From Phallusia mammillata (taxonomy: Eukaryota), in the NCBI GenBank assembly GCA_965637545.1, contig OZ281497.1, positions 3,472,001 to 3,536,000 of the forward strand: 64,000 nt of DNA, read 5' to 3'. Positions 1 to 13,200 of the stretch are shown one piece after another. The translations under genes and the position numbers were made by a program. The stretch's first letter is position 1. Every line of letters starts with the position of its first letter. The notes beneath the pieces are model-generated. The model searched no databases. It was not told the DNA's origin and saw only the letters and a program-made list of their open reading frames with translations.

Positions 1-38
1 TGAAGGCGACCTGTATATGGCGTCGAAACGTTGGTAGG
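1..38 (+). mobile_element. Second copy of the 45.6-kb hammerhead-like family, cut by the window edge
   Basis: TGAAGGCGACCTGTATATGGCGTCGAAACGTTGGTA versus TGAAGGCGACCTGTATAGGACGTCGAAACGTCGGTA on the minus strand at about 45640-45676. Confidence 0.55.
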
Positions 39-1245
39 CTATATAATACAATTGCCAGAAGGGCTCTTTCAATTTGATAAAGCAGCAATTTCAATTCAGC
101 GTTTAAAATAGCTTGTTCCATTCGACTTTAAAAAATGCTGACATTTTTGTTTCAAAACGGATTTCTGTTTTGTTGATCTATGTAGACTTTAAACGGGTAA
201 ATTCTGCCCAAACAAATCTTTTTGTGTCATTCCCAACAGCTGTTGTCTAACAAAACATGTCATTTTATCGTTTCAGCGTATAAGCCGTAAGTTACAATAA
301 GACCTAACCCATGTGAGTAGTTGTTGAAATACACGGGCTGTCATCGAGCACTTAACAGACTGGAATTTGGGATTGAAGCCAAGTGCAACCCCAACGGTAA
401 GTTGTCATTGCTTGTGACTTAAAATAGTTTTCTTTGATCAAATACGGACACTACACACGCAGTTTAAACACCACTTAGTGGTTGTGGATATAGCTTTGGC
501 TTAGTGGTTCGACAATAGTCTAAATCCAGATCAACGTAAAGTCTGGTAAACCTAAACAAATCTCTCTAATTGATGTGTTATAAAGATAATCATTTGCTAC
601 CAACAATAGACTAGTCTCTATAAAACGTGATAGGGGCATATAATTAACTAATTACCTTTTAGTCGGCCTGTTACACAAGCATTGAGCCCATACAATAAAA
701 AAGTTTAGGTTTTGGTGAAATTTTTTAAAGCCCTGGTCGAAACCGAAAAATCGTCGAAAAGACGCATTCAGTCAAATGTTACACAGAAAACCACATATAG
801 CCTACTGCTGTACGCCAATGTCGCAAAGGGTGTGGATATTTCAAAAAGGCATTAGCTTTCAAATATCACTGCACACTTGCTTTTATACTTCTACGAAGAA
901 ACACTAGAAAAGATATAACTTACTTGTGCTAAACTACATTTCTGTGGCCTGAAGTCTGGGTTTGTGATACTGTGTTGAGCATTAAAACTTAAAGCAATGG
1001 AACGTACTTTCGAATTCCAATGAAAACAAAACTTTGCAAAAATGGTGGTTGGCACAAGTGCCTTGTACTCGAAAGGTTGCGGGTTCCAAGCCCGACTCGG
1101 TCTACTGCCCTTTTCCAAACAAGACACAGAAAAATGCTTTAGATCAGGGTCAACACCATTGGAACGTGCCGATTTACTGGTTATGCCAAAATTACAATAG
1201 CTTCGTGTGCAAACATTTTTGTGCGAAATAGCGGTTTGTCTAAGC

Positions 1246-1515
1246 CAGTGGTTCTCAAACTCATACTGATTGCGTACCACATGGCGACTTTTTTATCGTA
1301 GACCAAGAGTTCTTCTTGACTACACTAGCTACTCTATGAAACCAACATGTTAGCAATTCCTAAAAAACGTCCTAGACATTGGTTCTGCAAAAACTGGGCT
1401 GATCAGTTGGGTCAGTTGAGCAGCAATTCTTGATGTGGATTGAATTAACTGTAGCAGAAAGCTAGTAGCGTGCCACCAGAAAAGCCCTGACGTACCACAG
1501 TTTGAGAAACCACTG
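1246..1515. mobile_element. hAT (Buster/Charlie-type) MITE
   Basis: TIR CAGTGGTTCTCAAACT ... AGTTTGAGAAACCACTG; 8-bp TSD GTCTAAGC at 1238-1245 and 1516-1523. Confidence 0.9.
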
Positions 1516-1780
1516 GTCTAAGCTGATATTTATAGTAATCAAACAGTAGAGAAATTGGTATAAGTTATTTACGACGGGTTTTAAGAACTATTACATCGAA
1601 AAAAGCAAAACAAGCATTCTACTGGTTTGGATGACATGAAAAGATACTTGAATACGAATTCAGAATTGCTTTGCTTTTATCCAATTATATCACAATTATG
1701 ATTCCCAAGTTTATATATTCAACAGCTTTCACGTTAGTCAAAATATTGTTTCAATGTCTTGAGCCTTTTACCGAGCGCCT

Positions 1781-1891
1781 TTTTTTTCACGGGGTTCGAA
1801 CCCAGGACTCTCCCGGGGACGAATCCCGATCAGGTTTTTTATGTCTGTATATGGGTCAGGCACGCCGGACCATTCGGCCAAGTTCCTGCCC
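1781..1891 (-). mobile_element. tRNA(Leu/Ser-like)-derived SINE, family A
   Basis: Minus strand: A-box TGGCCGAATGG, B-box GGTTCGAACCC, A-tail; 14-bp direct repeat TTTACCGAGCGCCT at 1767-1780 and 1892-1905. Confidence 0.75.
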
Positions 1892-3057
1892 TTTACCGAG
1901 CGCCTGGATAGGCAACTTTGAAAACCTTTAGTCTGCACATCCCAGTGACAAAGTTTTAAAAAAATGTGCGTCCACGTGGTGTCACTAAAGCGCAATACAA
2001 AAAATAAAGCTACGTCGGTGCTTACATCACCAATCTTTGTTTTGAGAAACGTTAGTTAGGTTACATAAGTTTCAGAAGCTAGGAAGGTCTTTCAATAGTT
2101 TTGAGGAAGGTCAGTGAATTAACTTTGCGAGGACGGTTTACGAGATAATATTGTTTAAAATAAATTAGTCAAACATAGAAGCTAAAAATACGTCGGAAAG
2201 CGACGTTTTTTCATATGAAAGCTATAGGCAAAATATTTTTATGCACGGTTACTTAGAGAGACTGTGTTTGGTGATCAAAAAACTTTATTTGCCTCGTTTT
2301 TTTTTACAATTTTTGTCATCTTGTGTTTCGTACGTTATCCATTTAGTCACATGTGTCATATATATTAGTATTTTTCAACCACTGTGTCGCGACAAATCTT
2401 TTTTCCTAAAAGACGATTTCATCTGGTTTTAGGGCTTAATGATTTTGTGATTTTAGTTGTCAACAAACAGCAGTCCATGCCATAACAATAAAGATGCAAA
2501 TTGATATCTGCGAATAGTTTTGGCATTTCACCTGCAAAATGTACCGCAAACAAAAACAGTACTTATTGTGTGTTAACTTAATAGAAAAACCTCTGCTCCA
2601 TATATCTTAAAGAAAAACACAACGCAGATTTTACACCCGCTTTCCGTGTAACAGATTACTTTACTGAGTCAACTCCATGCCTTCAGCAATGCTTTGTTTA
2701 GTAAAGCAGAAAATGACCCAAAAAAGGGAAAAAATGCGTTTTGCCGTCGGAGGTCTTGCAAAGACGTGACGACCACAGTTTGTTGATAAGCGTGCCACGC
2801 TTGAATGCTTCGTCTCGGGGCAAGAAGATAATCTTTCGGGCGACTGCAAAGCCAAGAAAATGCGACTGTACTTGATTCAGAGCCAGCCAGTTGGTGGGCA
2901 CTGGGTAAAATTTGCAGCAGAATAACGGTTTTGTTTTAAAAAATATGTATGGCTCAGTTTAGCTAACTGATAGACTGAGATAAAGGTGCTCAGAACAGCA
3001 CGAAAGTTCTTGGTACTTTGTGCCTTTTGTTTAGGATAAATGTGATGTTAATTAGAG

Positions 3058-3280
3058 CAGGGGTCGGCAACCTTTTTTGCACTGTGGACCGTTTTTGAAA
3101 CTAGAATTTTATCGCGGACCGGTCTTCAAAAAACTACATATATTTAGCAATAAAAACGCCTAAATTAGTTTGTCATTCCCGGGATACATGGGCAAAATGT
3201 TTAATAGGATTTAACCTGAAAACCTATACGGCCCGGTAACGAACTCCTCGCGGACCGGTACCGGCGGTTGCCGACCACTG
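3058..3280. mobile_element. hAT (Buster/Charlie-type) MITE
   Basis: TIR CAGGGGTCGGCAACC ... GGTTGCCGACCACTG; TSD AATTAGAG at 3050-3057 and 3281-3288. Confidence 0.9.
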
Positions 3281-6200
3281 AATTAGAGGTCACAAATCAG
3301 CGATGTAAGTGTTTAGCCGGTCATTAGGATTTTGCGGTTGTTTATTAAACCAAGTTTATTGTGTTTCAAACATTGTTTTTAACCGTTTTAACTTTAGGTG
3401 TTTGTTAATGACCAGTAGGCCCTATTTCCCAAAGATAACGATACGAATAAATTGGGGTAACTGAAAAACAATGTATGAAATCTTGTCGGACTTTTTTGCT
3501 ACTTTCGTAAACTATTGCACATCGATTGATTGAATTCAATAAAAGCTACTAGCTTTTCCTCCAACTGCATACAGTAGTAATTCATCAAACTGTGCGTCGC
3601 TATCAATTTCCAAACGTACCGCAAAATTTCGTTGTTTTGCAAAGTCATCTTGTCTTTTTGGCCAGGCGACAAATGTGTACGTGCATACTGTAAGATAAGC
3701 ACTGCATTCTCACCTAATTTGTTTGCCAAAAACTATTAGATTGTTGATACAAAATAGCCTCAATCAATCATGTTTGTTTAATTCCGCGTCAAAAATAGAA
3801 GTAACAGTGTACATGAACGTAGGTGTGATAAAGCGTTGGAACTAAATGGTTTAGCTGGTGTAACAAATGGCTAATTAACGTAACTGACCCCTTTTTGTTT
3901 GTGTAGAATTAATACATCCGTTTAGAAATTTTTTTGTTCACGGCCTGCACAGTGTACTACAGAAATAATTTAGTTTATCTGTAGGCCTATGCCGTAAGCA
4001 TTTACAGTTTGGGAACCACTTTTAGGTACGTTTGACCGAAAAAAAAAACACATTTAAAAAATCTATTACCGACCCACGTCGGTTTTGTACACGCTATGAC
4101 GAATATCCTATAACGTAAATAACTTCCATAGCGTTATTATACAGACAGCTGGTTGGCATGTCACTTTTCTTGTGACTAGTGTCATGTCCTGGCCATTTCG
4201 CACAGGCTTGTGCCATTTCAAAGTTACTTGATTGTCCGGATGCAACGATTTCTTAACACGTTTTTTGGTCATACTTGGAAAATGTGAATGTATTTGCTCA
4301 CTTTAAGCTATTTATGAAATGCCATTGTCCTAGTAAGGCCTCAAGACGGTTTTAATTAAGAAAAATGGCGAGTTTGGAAGCCGTATGTGCATTTTAGCTT
4401 GAACTGCATTAAAAGCGAAATTTGTTGGTTGTTTTATTTGCTTATTTTGATCGAGATTGGAGCCAAACTAATCAGCTTTAGGAAAGCGCAATGCATTTTC
4501 TTGTATGCTTAACCGACCAGTTCGAACCACGCAGTAAACAAGCAAAGCCCTGAGTTTAAAATAGATCCAAATCAATCTGCTGTGCTGGTATTGTTTTGAT
4601 CACTGCCGCGAGTCAGGCGTGAACTTTAACCTGTGGAAGCTTCGGGGTCAGGGTTCAGGTGTTGAGGCTCCCTTAACGCATTTTCTCAACATGAAATGCA
4701 TTGTCCCTCAGGGATTAATGCAACTATCTCCAGAGGTTTTATCTTGAACGGTTTTTGATTAGTACAGAGTACACTGAAGTGAGTTACATAACCTAGTTCA
4801 GAGAGTGTTGCCGTTTTAGTCAAAAATATCGCGAAAATCGAACAGCCAGCGGCGTTAATCGTTGTGTCATGGGCTATCACCATTTGTTTATGTTGATCCG
4901 ATTGGTGCTACACATATGCTGTACAATGCAAGGCTTTGTTGTTTTATCAACGTGACGAACACGGCTCAGAACTTTCCCCTAACCAGTGCAGCTATAAAAA
5001 CTCGTGATGTCAAAGCCAAAAGACCCGAAACCGACTTAGGGTGTTGATGACAAATGACAGTGGTAATTTTCCTGTGGGTTGTCATGTCAAGAGAAGTGGT
5101 ACCGGGGTGCGACGTGTAGTCAGCAGTTCAACTGAAACATGTCTAAAGATTCGTTGTAAATTGGTACAACAGCTAACGGTGTGTTACATACACCCCTATG
5201 AAATCGTTGTTTAAGGTCGCCGTTTAAAATTGAAAGACTAGAATGGAAGTAGCGTAAAATGGCACTAAACGCATATGTATTTTTTTATACAACGCAAAAT
5301 TGAGGTACAAAAGTAAAGAGTTTGCTTTTGGCTATAATTGCGTGTATAGTCCCTTGTTAGATGATGTTATCTAGTATTGTTGAACTGTTTTTGTGGTAAA
5401 ATGGTATACAGTTGTGTGGTGACATTTTCGAAAAATAAGGTGACAGGACATGTCGAAACAATTATATTACATTTATCACTGAACAAAGTGGTTCTCAACC
5501 TGTGGGTAATTGCACCCAAAGGGATAATTGATATTTTTAGAAGTATAAATACATTTTTTGAGTTTTGTGATGTAATAGTAGATATTTCAGTTTTTTAACA
5601 AAAATAGCATCTGGTTGTTCTCAAGGTTAACGATAATAAAACCGTAAGAAAATCTCATAATTAGGAGGATTTCAATAACAAAACTAGTTCAGTTATGCAT
5701 AATTACTTAGCAGGTCTGATCTACGAGTTTCAATTGCAGACCCATGTCATATGACTTCCTCTTGAGAAAAACATTGCTAAGCGTTTATGTATAGACTAGT
5801 TGCAATGCGTATCGGAAGACGTGGTCGTATAGGAGGCCTCCATATCCGCTGTTAATCGCCTTTGGCGGCTTGCTACATCCACAAATGCTGTTATTTGTTG
5901 GATCATGTTGCAGTGGTTCGATAACCCACAAGGTTACACGGCTAAAAAGCTGGTTAAATCACGCCGTCGCTTAACTGGTGGATTTTTCTAGAGTTTATCA
6001 ATCTTTCTGTTGTCAATTCGTACCACAACCGTAGTTTTTGCAGCAGTTTCGCCATTCTTTGTGACTAGTACAGTATTGTTCGTTAAAAATTACGCGTAGA
6101 AACACATTAGAGTATATATATTTATATTTAGGAAGTGCAATTACGTCATAGGATAATGACATCATATTTCCGATGTGACTGGTGCCTTTGACTTCCTAAT

Positions 6201-9064
6201 AACGCATCACTTATCGGTGGTGCAAAGCCGTATGCATTCGGCATTAACTAGTAGCAAAAACAATGTTAAAGTTAGGGAATGCATTTTAATTAGTTTTTGT
6301 TTTTTCGTTGGTGTAAACTGTAAACGGTTTCGAAAATTTTGTTCTGAAAAAACTAACAAACAAACACTATACTAAATTACTTGTTGACAGCACAAGCATA
6401 AAGCAGCCTTATAAGCACAGACACCTTAATTCAAGGCTATCTTAGGCAGGTAAAGGTCAATGGGCAGATAAGAAGTTTTTAGAAGGTCAAACAATGAAAG
6501 CATTTTGTGTACGTGTTCTGCTGAGAGTATGGTCGGAGATTTTGCGTTTTCTTACATTCTGAAATTTATATCCACAGTTATTTTGTAAATTTCTGGCAAT
6601 TTAAAACGTAAACATGGAGAAAACAAGGTGAGTTAATTTATTTCAATTTTTTTTACAAAGCCGCAAATCCTAAGTAAGTTTGCAGCCACATTGTCCGCAT
6701 TCTACCTTATAGATGACCATAACCCACAAAAATGTAACCCAAATCCTTAACAATGTTTTTATATATGCTCAGCAAGACGCAGTCATTTCCTCAAAGCGTT
6801 AGACTGTAGGTAGACACCAAATTTTGTTTTTCTCGAAGTTTCCACAGAAAGTTTTAGAAACAACAAAAATGCTTTCAAAGCCCTTAGCATTCAGCCGTGA
6901 AGATCCACACTCTACAGGCGCAAATCCACATAACTTTAGGCCCTGTTGGTAACATACAGACGCAATGAGTCTTAAAACCATGGCGCCGACGGCCCGAAGC
7001 ACAAAACAAAACAGCTTTTACAAGTTGGGGATGTCCATTAAGTTGTTGCTACTTTTTACCCATAAACGGTCAAAGGAATTGGTTGTTGACACAAAAGTGT
7101 AAAACTTTAAAAGTATACAGGAACCTCGGTATTGATTTTTGCAAAAAGGCCAACTGTATTTTTTGACCACAGATTCCGAATCCAATCACTTTATGCTTGG
7201 GATTTCGGTTAGTACAAATTTGTTGCTAAGACAACCTCATAACAATATTATCAACAATGTCATAAAACTATTTTTGCATAAAACTAACACATTCTAAGGT
7301 CAACAGCCGAGTTTAATATGTGCATTTTGCGGAATAGAAACTTGTAATGGTAACATAAGTAAATTGGCGCGTTTAACTCATGTTTACATCGAGTTGTAAC
7401 TTGCAAAGCCTGAATTTGTAAGATTTCGCCTTGTGTGTATAATGTCATATATATGTGAACAAAGAAGTAAAAACTATAAATTAAGTTGATTGGTATGATT
7501 TGGTATGAAGTCTTCAATTGCCTGGCGTACTCTGATTTATATGTGAGTATGCATTGATCGCCGGTCTGCAAAAACCCTTCAGGGCTGGTCCCAATTATGA
7601 TTGTATGTTTATCTTAGTTAACTTGTGTAACTAATTCACACAAGGGTGCGGCCTTCGCAGATATTTTTCACGCAACACGCAACAACAATACAACACTTTA
7701 TATAACGTACAGCAGGCAATACTTTTAACGCAATTGGTGCGGAAATGCTTTAATCTTCTACAACACATTTACATTTGTTATTTTTTCAAGCGTGTTGGCT
7801 CAGCAATCCTCTACTTTAGAAGCAGCGAACTATAACTTTGTTGATTTCAGCTTCACCCAGCTTGTACAAAATGTCTTAACATGGTATGCAAGGCAGAAAC
7901 GTAATTTATTGTGCAAAGAATTCTCAGTAATACGGGAGTCAGAATTAAACTGATGCGTGAACAAACACCTACGCACCTCAAAACACAAATACTGACGCAT
8001 AAACATTCCAGGTGTAATTGAGAAACTCTTCAATACCTCTTCCATTCAATTTTCTATTGTTTTGTGATATCACATTAAATCTGTTGATCGTAGGTTAAAA
8101 ACTTTGGTCTTCAATCCAAAGATTTTGTCCCCACAAACTGGCGACCCATCACAAACAGCGAAAATTTTATAATCCAACAGGGCACTTTGATTAGGAGATC
8201 GGCAAAATTTATTTGCGCTGCGAGTCGGTTTAAACATTGCAGTTTTTAGTGAACTTTCAATATCATAACTAATGTTAGGTCTATGCAAATTTATTGCAAT
8301 AGGGCCACCCTGACGCTGATTGGTGAGAGGTATAGAGTGTTTTACTGAAATCACGTACAAAACCACAACATGTAGAGTGAGTTATAATCGCTTGCATTGT
8401 GTTTCTTATGTTCAGCTGCAGAATGCAAAGTTTCTGTACGACCCGCTGTAAACCCCAGTGACCGGCAACGGCCCGAGGACAGTAAACGGTTCTCATGCAA
8501 TAAATGATAGAAGAGATAGATAAGACAAAACAAGTAAATTACTGAGTGTAGCCCAAGCCCCGTGGCTATTGTTTCACCAAGGGGACGCGCAACAATTGAT
8601 ACCACCCCTTGCCCTTACCGTTTCTCCTAACCAGTAAATGCAAAATATGCAGTCCAACATGTAACAATGCATGGCTCATGCTGAAAACGACAATGATTTC
8701 AAAATGTTATCATGCTACCCTCGTTTTGCAAAAGTTCATATTCAAAGCAGTCCCATAAAAGGAAGAAAATTAGAAGACAATTGTCCAGTTATCAAATCAC
8801 ACGCCTATGTAACTGTTAGATATGCAACAGTGGTCGAAAAAAAAATTACCAGTTGGATTTTTGTGCGATATATTAAGAGTTATGCTGTTTACCACGGAAG
8901 ACTATGAACTGATTGCAGGTGTATGTTATTTACAAATTTGTTTTTACCGACTCTAAAGATTAGCCGTCACATAACGGGCTGTAGTTTGGCGTGTTACACT
9001 CAACAATCAAACGAAAATTTAAAACTAATTATAATAATTTAGTTTTTTACTACTTGAAGTATTA

Positions 9065-9214
9065 ATGATGAAAATAACGGCCCAAATAGATATAAAAAGC
9101 GACATGCTTTAACATGTCGCTTTTTAAGTGTATTTTGATGTCGCTTTTTACGTCTATTTGGGTCGTAGTTTTCATCATCAAACTTATGGACAGATACTTA
9201 TATAGTGTTCCAAA
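9065..9214. repeat. Palindromic dispersed repeat (copy 1)
   Basis: TGATGAAAATAACGGCCCAAATAGATATAAAAAGCGACA ... TGTCGCTTTTTACGTCTATTTGGGTCGTAGTTTTCATCA, followed by GTGTTCCAAA starting 28 nt after the right arm. Confidence 0.75.
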
Positions 9215-10292
9215 GTAACATCAGTTTTGCGCTTAGCAAATATATGCACCGTGCATATATAAGTATATGGCAAACATGCCCCTTCATAAATGATAGCGCA
9301 TTGTGAATAGGCCACTGCGAGAAAATTCCAATAGAGGTTTAAACTACAACACGAGACCTGCAGTTAGCGTGTCAAGTTACTGCAACGCCTCAGTAAACTT
9401 GCTAACAGCACGTTGTGACGACAAACGACGAAAACCGCAAAATCGTGAGAAAATGCCTCACCAGATCAATGCAGACAACCCTTGCGGTCGCATCACAGGT
9501 TATTATTTCACTAAAGGCCTCAGTGTGTACACTAAGACTAAAAACATCAAGCAGTTACACTCACTTTTGGCCTGTAATAATCATAGACTGTTCAGATGTA
9601 TGATGTCACCAGCTTGCGCGAGTGGCGTAATACGCGCTGATATAATGCCATTCATTTATTTTCGGAGTCATAACCCAATCAACACATCCAGATGTTCGAC
9701 TGTGTTATGACTTTAAAATGTGTTGCAAAAAGCTTAGGTCCTAAACAGTCGTTCAAAATTTTGCTAAAAACTGTATTTATCATAAAACAAACATAAACGA
9801 AAACATTAACTACGTTTACTAATAGTGCGACAAACAGACTTTCTTGTAGCTCCTATCACATAAAATTCTGTCATACAGAGTATAGCTACACTCTGGTCCA
9901 CCTTTTTGCTCTCTCTAACATTTCAAGTTGCGCAGCTATTTTCGGTATGGTGGCAATAGTTAAAGTGCATTTGTGTCGTAATGTTTTTTGAGTGAAATGA
10001 ATTAAACTCAACACAAGTAATGCAAAAAAATGAAAAGGAGCTCGTTTGAACACCTACCTACAATGTAACATAAAGCCCTACATCAGTTTTAGTTGTTAAA
10101 AACAAATCCCGAAATATACTAAGAACTTCGACAGTGGTTCTGTAATTCACAAAGTTGTGACGTCACACCAGGCAATTGAATGACGTCATCAAACGCAAAA
10201 CAAGACAGTAAAAACTGAAATTATTAAGTTTAGAAACTAACCCTCCAATTCTTTTTTTTTTCACAGCAGAAGATTCGCATCCGACTGTTGTG

Positions 10293-13200
10293 ATGTCGAC
10301 TCGTCATCACGCTCACTTCTCCTCCGATGAGGACGTGCTGAGTGAACCAGTCTCATTTCGACATCTCCTTGCCCCAAGTCACATCATATCAGCCAGGATG
10401 CATCAACCTCATCCTTCACCTAAACCAGAGTAAGCTGATTATTAGAGATTTGAGCGTTAAAAATTAATTTGATAAGAAATATTTGTATTCGTAAGTTGTT
10501 TTCACGTAGGTTTTTCATTTTGATTGTTTTTTTAATGCTGGTTTTGCGGGATAATTATGTTGTATGAAATTCCTTTCAAGTATTTTCGGTCAAAAATGCG
10601 ATTGTTTGCAAGAATTGCAAAAATGCAAACAAATCATGCTAAAAGAAACCAAATCGAGATTTAGTAAACGAGAGACCGTTTCTTGTGGCTTCGGAAAATA
10701 TTTGGTTTCGAAATGTCAAATTTTTGTCCAACGGCCAAATGTTACCTTTTAAATTGTTTTTGGTCTAAACTGGAAAACCTTAGCCTTTAATAATTTGCAG
10801 AAAAATAATCCAATGCACAAAATGGGTTTAATGTGTTTTTAGCTGTGTAGAATCTGCTGTAAAATTGTCAAAAAGAGTAACTTGCTCAAAATAAGTAACT
10901 TAAAAAGATTACTTAAAAAGGGTAACAAAAACGTTAAGGCTTGTTTGTAAACGATGGTATTGCGACATATAGACAGTTATATACTTCAAATTACGGATTG
11001 GCAATAATTCCAAGCGACAATCAACTTTTAAAACTCGAAAACCTGACCATTATTTGTGTCTTCGCCAGACACGCCTCGACCTTGGACCGGAGACAAAATG
11101 GCAAAGCTCAAAAACAGGATTCCGGTCAGTACGGCACTCTTCCTCGCCACTCCAAGTCGACATACGCAAAACTACGGACCGTGGCAACATTTACAAACAT
11201 GTATTTCACGCATAAAGAAGCCGCAGACGAAGAACTGAACTTCCTAAGGTAAGGAGCAGGCATGAAAAGCCAGACAACCCCAATTTCCTGAATAAACGAA
11301 GTATAAATTAGGCCAAAAAGTTGAAGTTATGGCGCAAATGATGCCGAGTGTGAAGTCCCGAATTAAGTCCATTTTATTAAAACCACATCCCAAAATAACC
11401 ATATCTGGTCCCACCTTATTCAACCATACAACATCTAACCACATCCTACCATTTAATATCTGGTCTTAACCTTCTGACCATATCTGGTCCTACCTCCAAC
11501 CCGAACCAGACCCAAAATATCTGGTCCTACCTACAACTCTAACAGTATGTGGGGTAAATGGACGAGCCGGTATCAGAACCCACAACCCCGTGAACTTAAG
11601 GCGGCTGTATACTAACAACTCGGCCATCTTGGAAGATCGTTTCCTAATATGCCAAGTAGCAATATAAGTTGAAAAGCAGTACAATTTTATCAAAACTTTT
11701 GTTGTGGGTTGATCTTTGTACTAAAATAGTCGTACGTCTTAAAAACTGATAAAAATATGTGATTAGGGCTGTGGAAAACGGGGATATAGAAGAGGCGCGT
11801 GAGATCCTAGAAGATTACAACACTGATGTCGACTCCAGCGACACGTCGGCCGACGAACGCGTCGACATCGATGAAAAACCGAAAAAAGTCGAAATCTGTG
11901 CCAACGGAAAGAAACCAGCAAAGCCAGCCTTAAAGAAACCAAAGGAAACAAAACTCAACGGAGACACTAAGGAACCCGAAACCGTGATCGAAATGGACGT
12001 TGTCGAATCGCGAGACAGTCCTTCGGAGACAAAACCATCGGTAGCTACACGCTGGGCCTTAGCAAAGCGCCAAAAACGAGCCTCAAAGGCCCACCTGCCT
12101 GTTATAACCACCACTCGCCCGACCACTAGGCACAGCACCTCAAAGGGGAGAAAAGGTGGTAAATCACCCGGTCCTGACACAAGAAAGTTTAACAAGAACT
12201 GCCGGGACGAATGGGGACGTTCGGCACTTTTCATTGCTATGCTGAACAGGGATAGGGATATGATGACCATGCTCCTATCTTATAAGGTAAGCTCATGTAC
12301 ATGGAGTCACAACAGAAGCTTCTCGGACAATACTTATGGTTCTCAAGGCGCTAATGATTTATCTAATGATTAATTATCTGCTTTTTTGCATTTTTTTACT
12401 AGTCACCATTTATTTTTGCCTGTATAACCTAATAAATGCAACCCATGTCAATTTTCTTGAAAATTTAAAGAAAAATAAGGTGCAATTCAATTGTAACATT
12501 CTTTTAAGTTAGAAATCACATGTCGCAAAATCTATAAAATTTAAAATCAATTTTTAAAAAACAAGTCTCCGCATCAATTCAAATAGAACACAATGCAGCT
12601 ATATCCCACTACTAATTTGCATCGATTTGCAAATTACAAAACCAAACTAAATGCAAATAATTTCTAATTTGGTTGGGTTTTTATGAAATCAAAAACAATT
12701 TCAACAGATAAAGGACAATATTGGTGACATTTGTGTTGTAGGTGGAAATCGACGAATGCCTGTATCACGCCATTGACTTCGGCTTCTACGACATCGTTGA
12801 ACTGTTTATGGAACACGATACAAACCGGCAGCAAGTTATAACTGGGGAAGATTCATTTTACCCAGCAGGTAAACTGACATTTCCACGTAAAACCTTCTCA
12901 ATTAAAACAAATTTTCAGTGTATGATTTGAATAATTGAAAACGAAGCTTTAACTGACGATCACTGTTATTTAAAAAAAACGTTGATTGAAACAAAATTAG
13001 TCAGGTCTATTTTGTTTTAGCCAAGGGTTTATTGATCACAGATTTTTAATGCTCTTAGTTTGGAGTTACGTTTAATCTGGTTCAAGGCTGCATATATGTT
13101 TCCGTATGTTATTTTACGTAAGTCTTACAATCATGCAATCATAGAACCAAGTTATGCGAGAGCTATTTTTTTGTTTAAGATAAAAAAGAAAATCAGTTCA

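Noticed and set aside
277-396. Acceptor followed by three donor-like sites
   Set aside because: Stops in all frames and no evidence linking it to a transcript.
2665-2900. Minus-strand exon-like segment with a hydrophobic stretch
   Set aside because: Splicing to the next acceptor (2530) gives an immediate stop, and no downstream gene could be assembled.
6526-6627. ATG-containing segment with a strong donor as TRPC first coding exon
   Set aside because: The phase-2 donor is out of frame with the exon at 10267; at most a UTR exon.
7284-8045. Possible Penelope RT / GIY-YIG relic on the minus strand
   Set aside because: Only faint resemblance (IEEFLNY, TRCKHE) and no diagnostic motif; BLASTX would be needed.
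11401-11526. CRISPR-like repeat-spacer look
   Set aside because: Repeats are only 10 nt, spacers are irregular and mutually similar, the host is eukaryotic and there are no cas genes.
11763-12270. Minus-strand ORFs over TRPC exon 3
   Set aside because: Antisense shadows of the real exon.
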